A DNA stretch of 32,000 nt from Geobacter sulfurreducens PCA (GTDB lineage: Bacteria > Desulfobacterota > Desulfuromonadia > Geobacterales > Geobacteraceae). Under the pieces are notes generated by a model. The model searched no databases, was not told where the DNA came from, and worked only from the letters and a program-made list of their open reading frames with translations. Position numbers and translations under genes: made by a program. The stretch's first letter is position 1; every line of letters starts with the position of its first letter. Of this stretch, positions 1 to 8,739 are shown one piece after another. The stretch lies in contig NC_002939.5 in NCBI RefSeq assembly GCF_000007985.2, forward strand, positions 1,290,001 to 1,322,000, in the 5' to 3' direction.

Positions 1-206
1 GGGAGCTGATCCGTCTCGGCATGGCCTCGGTGGCCGATATGGCGATTTTCCCGCTTCAGGATGTCATGGGACTTGATGGGTCAAGCCGGATGAATCTCCC
101 CGGAACACCGCGCGGGAACTGGTCGTGGCGTTATAGTGAGGGTATGCTTACTGCTAAGCACGCAAAAAAGCTTCTCGAATTAACCGTGCTTTTTGGGAGA
201 AAATAG
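1..206 (+). CDS. malQ: 4-alpha-glucanotransferase (amylomaltase, GH77), C-terminal fragment; 5' end outside window
   Basis: Frame is open from the window edge to TAG at 204-206. The tail ...FPLQDVMGLDGSSRMNLPGTPRGNWSWRY... matches the conserved C-terminal block of MalQ enzymes. Confidence 0.85.
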   Translation, partial: ELIRLGMASVADMAIFPLQDVMGLDGSSRMNLPGTPRGNWSWRYSEGMLTAKHAKKLLELTVLFGRK

Positions 207-240
207 CCAAGCAAATATATTGGTAGGCAGGGTTCTTTTG

Positions 241-270
241 TTGACATGTATGGTATAGTATATGTATTAT
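241..270 (+). promoter_or_regulatory. candidate sigma70 promoter for metY
   Basis: TTGACA at 241-246, an 18-nt spacer, then TATTAT at 265-270, in an AT-rich island about 65 nt upstream of the metY ATG. Motif match only. Confidence 0.4.
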
Positions 271-306
271 GTGATGACGGGTAACTGTACTTTTGTTGTA
301 GGGTAG

Positions 307-1620
<1,314 letters not shown>

Positions 1621-1704
1621 GCCCACGTGCGCAACTTCGCCCCGGGACTGCCTTCGGGCCGCCCCTGGGGTGCCGCCGGCTTTTCCCCCTGTGGACGGGG
1701 CTCC

Positions 1705-2289
1705 GTGAACATCCTTGCCCACTTGGCATTCTCCGGGGACGATCCGGAGATCATGGCCGGCAACCTTATGGGTGATTTCGTCAAGGGGCCCCTGGCGGGC
1801 CGCTATCCTCCACGGCTCACGCTGGGGCTGGAGCTCCACCGGGCCATCGACTCCTTTGCCAACGGGCATGAGTCATTTACCCGGAGCAAGCGGCGACTTG
1901 CTCCATCCTTCGGTCATTACCGGGGGGTGCTGGTGGATGTCTATTACGACCATTTTCTCGCTTCGGAATGGGAACGCTACCGCGCCGAGCCGCTCCAATC
2001 CTTCATCACGCGTGCCCGTGCAATTGCCATTGGGTTTGCTTCCCTCATGCCCGAGCGACTGGTTCAGCTGCTTCCCCCCATGTTCGATGAATGGCTTCCC
2101 TCTTACGCCGAATCTGCCGGGATCGGTCGGGTGCTTCGCCGGATGTCGGCGCGTGTCGGCCGGCCGAATCCCCTTGCCTTGGGCGAAGGGGAGCTGCTTC
2201 GATGCTACCGGGAGCTCAGGGGGGATTTTCTGCAGTTCCACCCGGCCCTTACCACATTTGTGGTCGACTTTATCGCCCGTCGCGAGTGA
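1705..2289 (+). CDS. acpH: acyl carrier protein phosphodiesterase
   Basis: A GTG at 1705 gives V/M-NILAHLAFSG..., matching the MNFLAHL N-terminus and ~193 aa length of AcpH. The track start at 1627 adds a Gly/Pro-rich extension with no homolog support. The exact start is uncertain. Confidence 0.85.
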   Translation: MNILAHLAFSGDDPEIMAGNLMGDFVKGPLAGRYPPRLTLGLELHRAIDSFANGHESFTRSKRRLAPSFGHYRGVLVDVYYDHFLASEWERYRAEPLQSFITRARAIAIGFASLMPERLVQLLPPMFDEWLPSYAESAGIGRVLRRMSARVGRPNPLALGEGELLRCYRELRGDFLQFHPALTTFVVDFIARRE

Positions 2290-2503
2290 CTCTTGCCCCA
2301 TTGTTCCCTGTCGGTGAAGGGACTATACTATTATTATATTCACCTGATTGTTCTGCACATCGTGTCGGGATCTGTTGCAGACGGGGTTGGGTTTGACCGA
2401 TAAGCGCCGGGCGAAGGCGAAATGCGACGCGGGAACGATTTAGGCAGGGAGGCATTCCCGCGAGGGGGAGCGGAAGTGATGGCCGAGGGGAGGCGGTGGA
2501 CCC

Positions 2504-2596
2504 GTGAAATGGCTCCTTTTCCTCTACCTAGCAGGAGTTGACTTGGCGGTATTCTCGACGATGTATCTCATCTACCGTAACTCACGGCGCAAATAA
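2504..2596 (+). CDS. candidate 30-aa single-pass membrane peptide (unannotated small ORF)
   Basis: GTG at 2504 to TAA at 2594-2596 encodes (M)KWLLFLYLAGVDLAVFSTMYLIYRNSRRK: one hydrophobic helix with a basic C-terminal tail. GGGGAGG lies about 10 nt upstream, and the hairpin terminator at 2632-2668 follows. It is too short for statistics, and GC3 is only about 63% by hand count. Confidence 0.3.
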   Translation: MKWLLFLYLAGVDLAVFSTMYLIYRNSRRK

Positions 2597-2631
2597 GAAG
2601 GGCCGGCCGAGTTCCGGGAGTCGCGAAACCA

Positions 2632-2668
2632 AAGGGGACATTCGCTCATCGAGCGCATGTCCCCTTTG
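2632..2668. terminator. hairpin between convergent transcription units (likely bidirectional terminator)
   Basis: Perfect 11-bp inverted repeat AAAGGGGACAT (2632-2642) / ATGTCCCCTTT (2658-2668). It has an A-run on the left and TTTG on the right, 32 nt beyond the stop of the minus-strand gene ending at 2700. Confidence 0.6.
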
Positions 2669-2699
2669 TGTGCGGGGTGCGTGATGCATGCAGTATGCA

Positions 2700-3188
2700 T
2701 CAACGCTTATAGCCGATAGCCCTCAGGAAGTCCCTGCGGTGCTGCCGGTCGTCGTCCGTTTCCACTCCCTTGGGTGGATGTCCGTCGATGACCCCCAGCA
2801 CTCCCCACCCCTGGGAGGTGGACGCCACGATGACCTGGAGGGGGTTGGCGGTAGCACAGAAGATCCGGCAGACTTCGGGGCAGTTCTTGATCTGGTTCAG
2901 GATGTTGATCGGGTAGGCCTCCTTCAGCAGGACGCAAAAGACATGGCCGGCTCCAATGGCCTGCAGGTTTCTGACGCAGACCCGGATCAACTCTTCGTCG
3001 TTCCCCTCGGTGCGGATCAGGCACGGCCCCGAGGCCTCGGTGAAGGCGATGCCGAACCGGGCTTGGGGAACGGTGGTGGCAACGACTTCGTACAGATCCT
3101 CGGCTGTCTTGATGAAGTGGGTCTGCCCCAGGATAACGTTGCAGTCTTGGGGAATATCGACTTTGATGGTGTGTATTTCCAGGTTCAT
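2700..3188 (-). CDS. adenosine-specific kinase family protein (PF04008-like)
   Basis: ATG at 3188 with SD GGGAGG 5-6 nt upstream gives a 162 aa protein, MNLEIHTIKVDIPQDCNVILGQTHFIKTAEDLYE...IFCATANPLQVIV. I recognise this as the small adenosine-kinase-like family. The 38 extra N-terminal residues in the track look spurious. Confidence 0.85.
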   Translation of the reverse strand: MNLEIHTIKVDIPQDCNVILGQTHFIKTAEDLYEVVATTVPQARFGIAFTEASGPCLIRTEGNDEELIRVCVRNLQAIGAGHVFCVLLKEAYPINILNQIKNCPEVCRIFCATANPLQVIVASTSQGWGVLGVIDGHPPKGVETDDDRQHRRDFLRAIGYKR

Positions 3189-3234
3189 GATGGCCTCCCG
3201 GTATCGCGAGTTGCTGGGGGTACGATTAGTAACA

Positions 3235-3262
3235 ACTATAAAAAAGCCTGCGATGATGTCAA
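3235..3262 (-). promoter_or_regulatory. candidate sigma70 promoter for the 2700-3188 gene
   Basis: On the minus strand: TTGACA (3262-3257), a 16-nt spacer, then TATAGT (3240-3235), about 45 nt upstream of the ATG. Confidence 0.45.
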
Positions 3263-3290
3263 TGCATCCACCGGAACGTTCACGGGAAGT

Positions 3291-3335
3291 CACCACACAC
3301 AAAAGCCCGGCTCACAGGCCGGGCTTCCTTTTTTG
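3291..3335. terminator. strong GC hairpin with U-tracts on both strands (bidirectional intrinsic terminator)
   Basis: 9-bp stem AAGCCCGGC (3303-3311) / GCCGGGCTT (3318-3326) with a 6-nt loop. The plus strand continues CCTTTTTTG; the minus strand continues TTTTGTGTGTGG. Confidence 0.6.
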
Positions 3336-3357
3336 TCCGGTGCCGCATCAGGGCACT

Positions 3358-3528
3358 TTATCCCAATCCGTCGGTCGTACGTTCACGGGCTGCGCCCACG
3401 TGCTCCTTGCGGGACCACGGGGACGGGCGGACGATCCGGTTCGCCTTTTTCAAGAGGTTGCCACGCTCCTGGCGGATGGCATCGCGACAGCATCTGCAGC
3501 GTCGTCCGTGCGGCACCGAATCTGTCAA
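3358..3528 (-). CDS. candidate small basic protein (53-56 aa), unannotated
   Basis: Minus-strand frame from TTG 3528 (or GTG 3516) to TAA 3360-3358 encodes (M)TDSVPHGRRCRCCRDAIRQERGNLLKKANRIVRPSPWSRKEHVGAARERTTDGLG. By hand count GC3 is about 77% here against about 62% in the competing frames. The 3303-3326 terminator lies about 25 nt downstream. There is no clear SD and I do not recognise the family. Confidence 0.3.
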   Translation of the reverse strand: MTDSVPHGRRCRCCRDAIRQERGNLLKKANRIVRPSPWSRKEHVGAARERTTDGLG

Positions 3529-3776
3529 AGAACATCTTCTTTCATTTCAACAATACACCCATCGACCCGAGCCGTCAAAGACGCTGTGCCCGTGGAGCCT
3601 CGCCCGGCGGCCATTTGCATGCCATGGTGCACTGGCCCTGGATGGGGCTTTGGCAGGCGAACCTTGCGCATCGGGGCGTTTCACGGTACGATTCTGACGT
3701 GCTCGTACCCCTTGGGCGTTGGCCCCGGTACCCGCGCTGCTCCCCTGCTGCTCCCATCCCAGAGTGAGGTCCATGA

Positions 3777-3887
3777 ATGGCAACTGCCGAGCGCCGCTCG
3801 ATACTCTGCCCCAACTGTCGCCGCCTCATCAACCGCGATGAGCCGTCCTGCCCCTACTGCGGCACCTCCCGCCCGGTTCGTGGCTGA
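3777..3887 (+). CDS. zinc-ribbon peptide (36 aa); probably the detached N-terminus of the downstream rhomboid protease
   Basis: ATG 3777 has GAGG 7 nt upstream and encodes MATAERRSILCPNCRRLINRDEPSCPYCGTSRPVRG, stopping at TGA 3885-3887. The CPxC...CPxC pattern is a zinc ribbon. The adjacent frame continues ...GSWLKNNPFTRSAGDADRVITIILAVNVVMYV... into the rhomboid core. Confidence 0.45.
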   Translation: MATAERRSILCPNCRRLINRDEPSCPYCGTSRPVRG

Positions 3888-3961
3888 AAAACAACCCCTT
3901 CACCCGGAGCGCCGGCGATGCGGACAGGGTCATCACCATCATTCTGGCCGTCAATGTCGTC

Positions 3962-4615
3962 ATGTATGTGGCATCGCTGCTGGTCGACAACCGTCCGCCT
4001 GGCCAGGGTGGGCTCTTTTCGGCCCTGTCGCCGGGGCGCAACAGCCTGCTGCTCCTGGGGGCCACCGGCGTGGTCCCCATCGACCGGTTCGGCCGGTTCT
4101 GGACGCTCCTGTCGGCTAACTACCTCCACGGCGGCCTGCTGCACATCTTCTTCAACATGATGGCCCTGCGGCAGATTGCTCCGCTGGTGGCGCGCGAATA
4201 CGGTACCTGGCGAATGTTTTCCATCTATACCCTCGGCGGGGTGGCCGGCTATGTAGTTTCCTATCTGGCCGGCACCGGTTACACCATCGGCGCATCGTGC
4301 GCCATCTGTGCACTGATCGGTTCGCTTCTCTACTACGGCAAGAGCAGGGGGGGGCTCTACGGCCAGGCGGTTTTCAAGGAGGTCTGGGGATGGGTGGTCG
4401 GTCTCTTCCTGTTCGGGCTGATCGTGCCGGGGATCGACAACTGGGGGCACGGGGGGGGGATCCTGGGGGGGATCATCATGGCCTTCATTCTCGGCTATCG
4501 CGAGCGGCGCAGCGACAATCTCTTTCACACCTTCCTGGCAGGTGCCTGCGCCCTGGCCACGGCCGTATCGCTTCTACTCGGTTTTCTGAGCGTCTACTAC
4601 ACCTTCAGAGGGTGA
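3962..4615 (+). CDS. rhomboid family intramembrane serine protease (core as callable from the first ATG)
   Basis: Contains the rhomboid signatures HGGLLHIFFNM, the catalytic GASCAICALIG (GxSxxxxxxxG) and the GHGGG histidine block. The first canonical start at 3962 falls in the middle of predicted TM1, so the gene appears 5'-truncated or frameshifted (see finding). Confidence 0.85.
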   Translation: MYVASLLVDNRPPGQGGLFSALSPGRNSLLLLGATGVVPIDRFGRFWTLLSANYLHGGLLHIFFNMMALRQIAPLVAREYGTWRMFSIYTLGGVAGYVVSYLAGTGYTIGASCAICALIGSLLYYGKSRGGLYGQAVFKEVWGWVVGLFLFGLIVPGIDNWGHGGGILGGIIMAFILGYRERRSDNLFHTFLAGACALATAVSLLLGFLSVYYTFRG

Positions 4616-4629
4616 GACTGATTCCGGAC

Positions 4630-5580
4630 TCAGTGCCACAGGCCGCTCAGGTGGCGACGCGGCACGCGGCTCACTTCCGCGATGTGGGGTGGGGCGCACG
4701 GCCCGCCGTCTTCGGGGCAGACCAGCATGCTCTCGTCCGGGTACATCTCCCGCTCAATATCTTTCAGCCTTTTGATTCGTTCATCGGTTACGGGATGAGT
4801 CCTGAGCAGGGACGGCTCGATTCCCTTCACGCCCGGTAGCCGGCTTTTTTTCAGGACTCTCTGCTGATACTCCTCCAGCTTGGCCAGGGCCGAGGCGAGC
4901 CCCGCCGGGTCACTGGTGAGCTTTGAGCCGGAGAGGTCCGCCTCGAACTCGCGGGTCCGCGAGAGAGAAAGCTGGAGCAGGGCGCTGATGGTGGGGGCAA
5001 AGAGCATGAGCATCAGCGGGATCCACGGCAGAGACCACTCCCCCAGGATCAGCAGGGGAAGGTTGAGGATGATCAGTACCTGTCCCAGTAGCGAGATGAG
5101 GCGGGTCACGCGGGTCACCACGTCGGCGAAGCTCATGACCCAGGTGTCGCTGTTGCCGATGTGACTGACCTCGTGTCCCAGAACGCCGACAAGCTCCCGG
5201 ACGGTCAGAAGCCGCAGCAGGCCGTCGGTTACGGCCACTGAGGCTCCCTTGCCGCTGCCGATTGAGAAGACCAGGGGGGCGGAACTGGGAATATAGTGGA
5301 TGCGGGGGGGCTCCGCCAGGCCGGCGCGGCGGGCAAGCTGGTTAACGATAGCGTGAAGTTGGGGGGCTTCGGCGACGGAGAGGGCCTTTGCCTTGTACAT
5401 CCTGAGGATGAGAGCGGGAAGGACCCTCAGACTCACCACCAGCGGGATGATTCCGACCAGTAGTGCCCATGCCATGCCATAGATGCCGGCAAAGAGCCAG
5501 CCGAGGGTGAGAAGAAGCCCCACCATGCCCGTGACGAGCACCATGGACTGGATGAGGTTGCGCAACCTCTGGGCCAGCAT
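4630..5580 (-). CDS. htpX: M48 family zinc metalloprotease, HtpX-like
   Basis: 316 aa with N-terminal TM helices, an HEVSH (HExxH) motif, a downstream REFEAD glutamate block and THPVTDERI near the C-terminus, as in HtpX. Its start lies 5 nt after the selU stop. Confidence 0.9.
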   Translation of the reverse strand: MLAQRLRNLIQSMVLVTGMVGLLLTLGWLFAGIYGMAWALLVGIIPLVVSLRVLPALILRMYKAKALSVAEAPQLHAIVNQLARRAGLAEPPRIHYIPSSAPLVFSIGSGKGASVAVTDGLLRLLTVRELVGVLGHEVSHIGNSDTWVMSFADVVTRVTRLISLLGQVLIILNLPLLILGEWSLPWIPLMLMLFAPTISALLQLSLSRTREFEADLSGSKLTSDPAGLASALAKLEEYQQRVLKKSRLPGVKGIEPSLLRTHPVTDERIKRLKDIEREMYPDESMLVCPEDGGPCAPPHIAEVSRVPRRHLSGLWH

Positions 5581-5584
5581 GGCT

Positions 5585-6619
5585 CTACACCGCGGCCTGT
5601 CTGCGCGAGGCGAGGAACGTGTTCAGCTCCCGCTCTCCTGAGGAAAAATCCTCCAGGGAAATGACGGCATCCTCCACCCAGTCGCGGGTCTTGTAGTAGA
5701 GCTTGTCATAGTAATGCCGGATCAGGCCCTCCATGAACGGTTCCATTTCCCATCGGTCCAGATGGCCTTTGATCGCTTCGTAGTTGTCGCCGCCGAGTTT
5801 TTTTCTGATCCGCTCCAGGGCGCCGGCCATGCCGTCCCGGTATTCGGGGCGGCCGTACTCTTCCGTGAGGCGGGCCACCCGGGTGGCCACCGACGCCTCG
5901 CACCAAAGCTTCACACTACCCCGCATGACGTCGTAGAGGTTGCCCGGCAGAGTGAGCCTGCCGATGCGCCTGCTTTCTCCCTCCAGCAGGATGGGGCAGC
6001 CGGCAGGCAATCGGCGGAAGGCATCCCAGAGGAGAGTTTCGAACCGCTTCTGGGAGATGTCCTGACGAAGTCCCAGTTCGCCGAAGGCCGATCCCCGGTG
6101 GCGGGCGAGTCCCTCGAGGTCGACCACGGCATGACCGGCCCGTGCCAGCTGCAGGAGGAACGTCGTCTTGCCCACGCCGGTCATGCCATGGAGGACAACC
6201 AGCGGCGCGGGGGGGGTGAAGGGGTCGAATGATGACAGAACCAGGTGGCGGAAGGCCTTGTGGCCTCCCTGGAGCTGGACCGCGTCGAACCCTGCCAGGT
6301 CGAGGATCGACACGACGGTCTTGCTCCTGAGCCCCCCGCGCCAGCAGTAGACGAGAATGGGGCGGCCTGCCGCGGCCCGGGCAATCTCCCCCACCATGGC
6401 AGGAAAGCGGTGAGCGGTCAGGTGCAGCCCCCGGCGGCGCGCCTCCAGGGGGCCGGTCTGCTTGTAGATGGTGCCGATCTCCACCCGTTCCTCGTTGGTG
6501 AGGAGCGGGACATTGATGGCACCGGGGAGGTGATCCTCCTCGTATTCGAGGGGAGTCCGGACATCCACCACCAAGTGGGTGTCGAGCAACGATTCATGGA
6601 ACGGGGTGGTTTTGATCAC
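5585..6619 (-). CDS. selU: tRNA 2-selenouridine(34) synthase
   Basis: Rhodanese domain with CWRGGLRS active-site loop plus P-loop GMTGVGKTT. A GTG at 6619 preceded by AAGGAG (6-nt spacer) gives 345 aa starting VIKTTPF. The track start at 6673 lacks an SD. Confidence 0.9.
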   Translation of the reverse strand: MIKTTPFHESLLDTHLVVDVRTPLEYEEDHLPGAINVPLLTNEERVEIGTIYKQTGPLEARRRGLHLTAHRFPAMVGEIARAAAGRPILVYCWRGGLRSKTVVSILDLAGFDAVQLQGGHKAFRHLVLSSFDPFTPPAPLVVLHGMTGVGKTTFLLQLARAGHAVVDLEGLARHRGSAFGELGLRQDISQKRFETLLWDAFRRLPAGCPILLEGESRRIGRLTLPGNLYDVMRGSVKLWCEASVATRVARLTEEYGRPEYRDGMAGALERIRKKLGGDNYEAIKGHLDRWEMEPFMEGLIRHYYDKLYYKTRDWVEDAVISLEDFSSGERELNTFLASRRQAAV

Positions 6620-6894
6620 ATCATTCTCCTTGCAAACCAGAGCATTATACGGGGGGAGCAGGGCCAAATGCAAGGATGGTGCGCCACCGCGTGCGGGATG
6701 GTCGGAGGTGCAATCGCTCCATTCTGCTTGTGAAAGGGCGCCGCGAGTCGTTCTATCAAGTGGAGCTGATGGTTTGAGCAGGGCAAAATGCTGTTGACAA
6801 ATGGGCGCGGAACGTTAATCATCCCCAGTGATTGCGCGGCAGGAGGCCCGGTTCGCACAGGGAGGCGGCGGCACTGATCCGGGAGGTGTTCAAG

Positions 6895-7269
6895 ATGGAT
6901 AAAAGGCGATTCACACGCGTTCCCTTTGCTATTTCCGCAATGGTCACCCACGGTGAAAGCTCGTTTACCGGCGAAGTGGCCGACCTGAGCCTGAACGGCA
7001 TGTTCGTGAAAACCGGTGGGGAGAAACCGGCCATCGGAGAAGAGGTGGAAGTCGTCATCTCCCTGTCCGAGGGAGAGCCATCCCTGAATGTGGAGCTGGC
7101 CGGCGAGGTGGTGCGCGCTGACGCGAACGGCGTTGCCCTTCGTTTTTCGCGCATCGAGGTCGATTCATTCATTCATCTGCGTAACATCGTGGAGTACAAC
7201 ACGCCAGAACCGACTCGGGTCATGGACGAGTTCGCCGATTACGTGGAAGACCGGATCGGCCGGAAATGA
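6895..7269 (+). CDS. single-domain PilZ protein (c-di-GMP binding motifs intact)
   Basis: ATG 6895 with GGGAGG 8 nt upstream. RRFTR (RxxxR) and DLSLNG (DxSxxG) are present at canonical spacing. 124 aa. Confidence 0.9.
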   Translation: MDKRRFTRVPFAISAMVTHGESSFTGEVADLSLNGMFVKTGGEKPAIGEEVEVVISLSEGEPSLNVELAGEVVRADANGVALRFSRIEVDSFIHLRNIVEYNTPEPTRVMDEFADYVEDRIGRK

Positions 7270-7381
7270 GTATCGTTGCCGCCGGGGCAATCGTTCCTTG
7301 ATTTTACCCACCGGTCATGCTAATAACATGTTGTTTTATTTATAATAAATATGTTTGAATGCCACTAAACAGGGAGGTGCT

Positions 7382-8668
7382 ATGACAGCTCAGTACTCCG
7401 CCGATTTCGAGAAGGCCCTGCAGGTCGGCCGTCCCCCCAACATCCGGGCTCTTTTCCCCAACTCCAAGGCCCTCATCGTGAGCGGCAAGGTTGTGGACCG
7501 GGCCATGCTTGCAAAGGGGAAAGCCATTGCCATGGCCGCCAACGGCCGCAACTACTTCGTCATTCGCGGAGCACTGATGGCCGCCCAGCGGGCCAACTGC
7601 CCGCTCATCATCGAAATCGCCAAGTCGGAGGGGGGGCAGAAGGCCTACTGTGCCGTTAATTACTGGAACATGGCCCGCATCGTCGACGCCCTCTGCAACG
7701 AGCTGGGGATCACTGTGCCGGTGGCTATCCATGCCGACCACTACGGCATCAAGAACGACAAGGATCTGAACGCCGCCAAGGTGGAGATCCCGACCATGTT
7801 CGAGGCGGGGATCACCTCCATCGCCATCGACGCCTCTCACCTGCCAGACGACCAGAACCTGCTGGCCAACCTGGCCATCAATCCGTTCATCCCGTCCTGG
7901 GCCGGCCTTGAGACCGAGGTGGGTGAAATCAAGGGGAACACAGGCCTTTCCACCGTGGATGAGGCGAAATTCCTTATCCAGGGGCTCAATGCCCACGGCA
8001 TCTTCCCCGACTGGATCGCCTTGAACAACGGCACCACCCACGGTCTGGAGGCGTCGGACGCCGGTATCCAGGTCGGGCTCACCGCCGAGATCCATAAGGC
8101 TTTGGAGCCCTACCGGGTCAACGGTGCCCAGCACGGCACCTCGGGCAACAGCTCCGAGCGCCTCCGCGCCATCGCCAATGAAACTGCCACCACCAAGGCC
8201 AACGTGGCCACCGCGCTCCAGATGATCTCCTGGGGGCTTGAGGTGAACGATTACGGCAATGCTCAACTTGATGCCGACGGCAATTTCATCAAGAAGTCCG
8301 ATGCCGGCATGAGCGACGAGCTGTGGGCCGAGATGGTGGCCCATGCCGAAGGCAAAGGTTGGAAGAAGGGGGACTACAAGAACCTGAACCTTCCCTTTGA
8401 GAACAAACTGCTGGCGCAGCCTAGGGAGATCCGCGAGCGGATGGCCAAGGGGGTGGAAGAGTTCGCCTACAAGATGATGACCGAGGTGCTCAATGCCCGG
8501 GACACGGCACCTTACGCCATAGAGGCGATTCTCTCGGCCGGTTCCTACGACGTGGGGGCAAAGGGAAGCCGTATAGATGATCCGGCCCTCTGGACCGAAG
8601 CCCGGATCATCGAGCGGGCGAAATCAATTGTGGGTGACAAGGGCGCTGAAGGAAATTTCGACGATTAG
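7382..8668 (+). CDS. fba: class II fructose-bisphosphate aldolase (long ~430 aa subtype)
   Basis: ATG 7382 with GGGAGG about 4 nt upstream. The blocks VAIHADHYG, IAIDASH and ALNNGTTHG/AQHGTSG are metal/substrate motifs of class II aldolases. A consensus -10 TATAAT lies at 7341-7346. Confidence 0.9.
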   Translation: MTAQYSADFEKALQVGRPPNIRALFPNSKALIVSGKVVDRAMLAKGKAIAMAANGRNYFVIRGALMAAQRANCPLIIEIAKSEGGQKAYCAVNYWNMARIVDALCNELGITVPVAIHADHYGIKNDKDLNAAKVEIPTMFEAGITSIAIDASHLPDDQNLLANLAINPFIPSWAGLETEVGEIKGNTGLSTVDEAKFLIQGLNAHGIFPDWIALNNGTTHGLEASDAGIQVGLTAEIHKALEPYRVNGAQHGTSGNSSERLRAIANETATTKANVATALQMISWGLEVNDYGNAQLDADGNFIKKSDAGMSDELWAEMVAHAEGKGWKKGDYKNLNLPFENKLLAQPREIRERMAKGVEEFAYKMMTEVLNARDTAPYAIEAILSAGSYDVGAKGSRIDDPALWTEARIIERAKSIVGDKGAEGNFDD

Positions 8669-8691
8669 TATCCCGCAGCCAGCGGCGTGAA

Positions 8692-8716
8692 GGGGGGGCA
8701 AAAGCCCCCCCTTTTT
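8692..8716 (+). terminator. rho-independent terminator of fba
   Basis: GGGGGGGC (8692-8699), loop AAAA, GCCCCCCC (8704-8711), followed by TTTTT (8712-8716). Confidence 0.85.
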
Positions 8717-8739
8717 CCGTTGCTGCTCCGGAGCAGACC

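Noticed and set aside
1627-1704. N-terminal extensions in the ORF track, for example at 1627, 6673, 6832, 7355, 9221, 11038, 11102, 15303, 18087, 22910, 26918 and 27019.
   Set aside because: Internal starts have SD motifs at proper spacing and reproduce homolog N-termini. The extensions overlap neighbouring genes or promoters and have odd composition.
3296-3330. ACAAAAGCCCGGCTCACAGGCCGGGCTTCC superficially resembles the 3' end of RNase P RNA (ACAGAACCCGGCUUA...).
   Set aside because: There is no GGAAAGUCCGGGC (P4) or other RNase P core on either strand nearby, and the upstream plus-strand sequence is the antisense of a protein gene. It is better explained as a terminator hairpin.
3547-3783. 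The 78-aa minus-strand ORF ends at a TGA (3549-3547) in the same frame as the small basic ORF. I considered Sec read-through joining them.
   Set aside because: The upstream part has lower GC3 (about 63% by hand count), no recognisable motifs and no hairpin after the TGA. It also overlaps the rhomboid start and promoter region.
6846-6885. GCACAGGGAGGC in the PilZ gene leader resembles the GCACAGGGCAAAC core of GEMM-I (c-di-GMP/cGAMP) riboswitches, which are common in Geobacter.
   Set aside because: The second conserved half (GACGCAAAGCC...CCGG) and the tetraloop/receptor arrangement are absent. The similarity is about 8 nt and overlaps the SD region.
7274-7305. Possible terminator after the PilZ gene (TTGCC-GCCGG-GGCAA followed by a distant TTTT).
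   Set aside because: There are only 5-6 bp of stem, and the U-tract is separated from it by about 8 nt, which is too weak to list as a feature.
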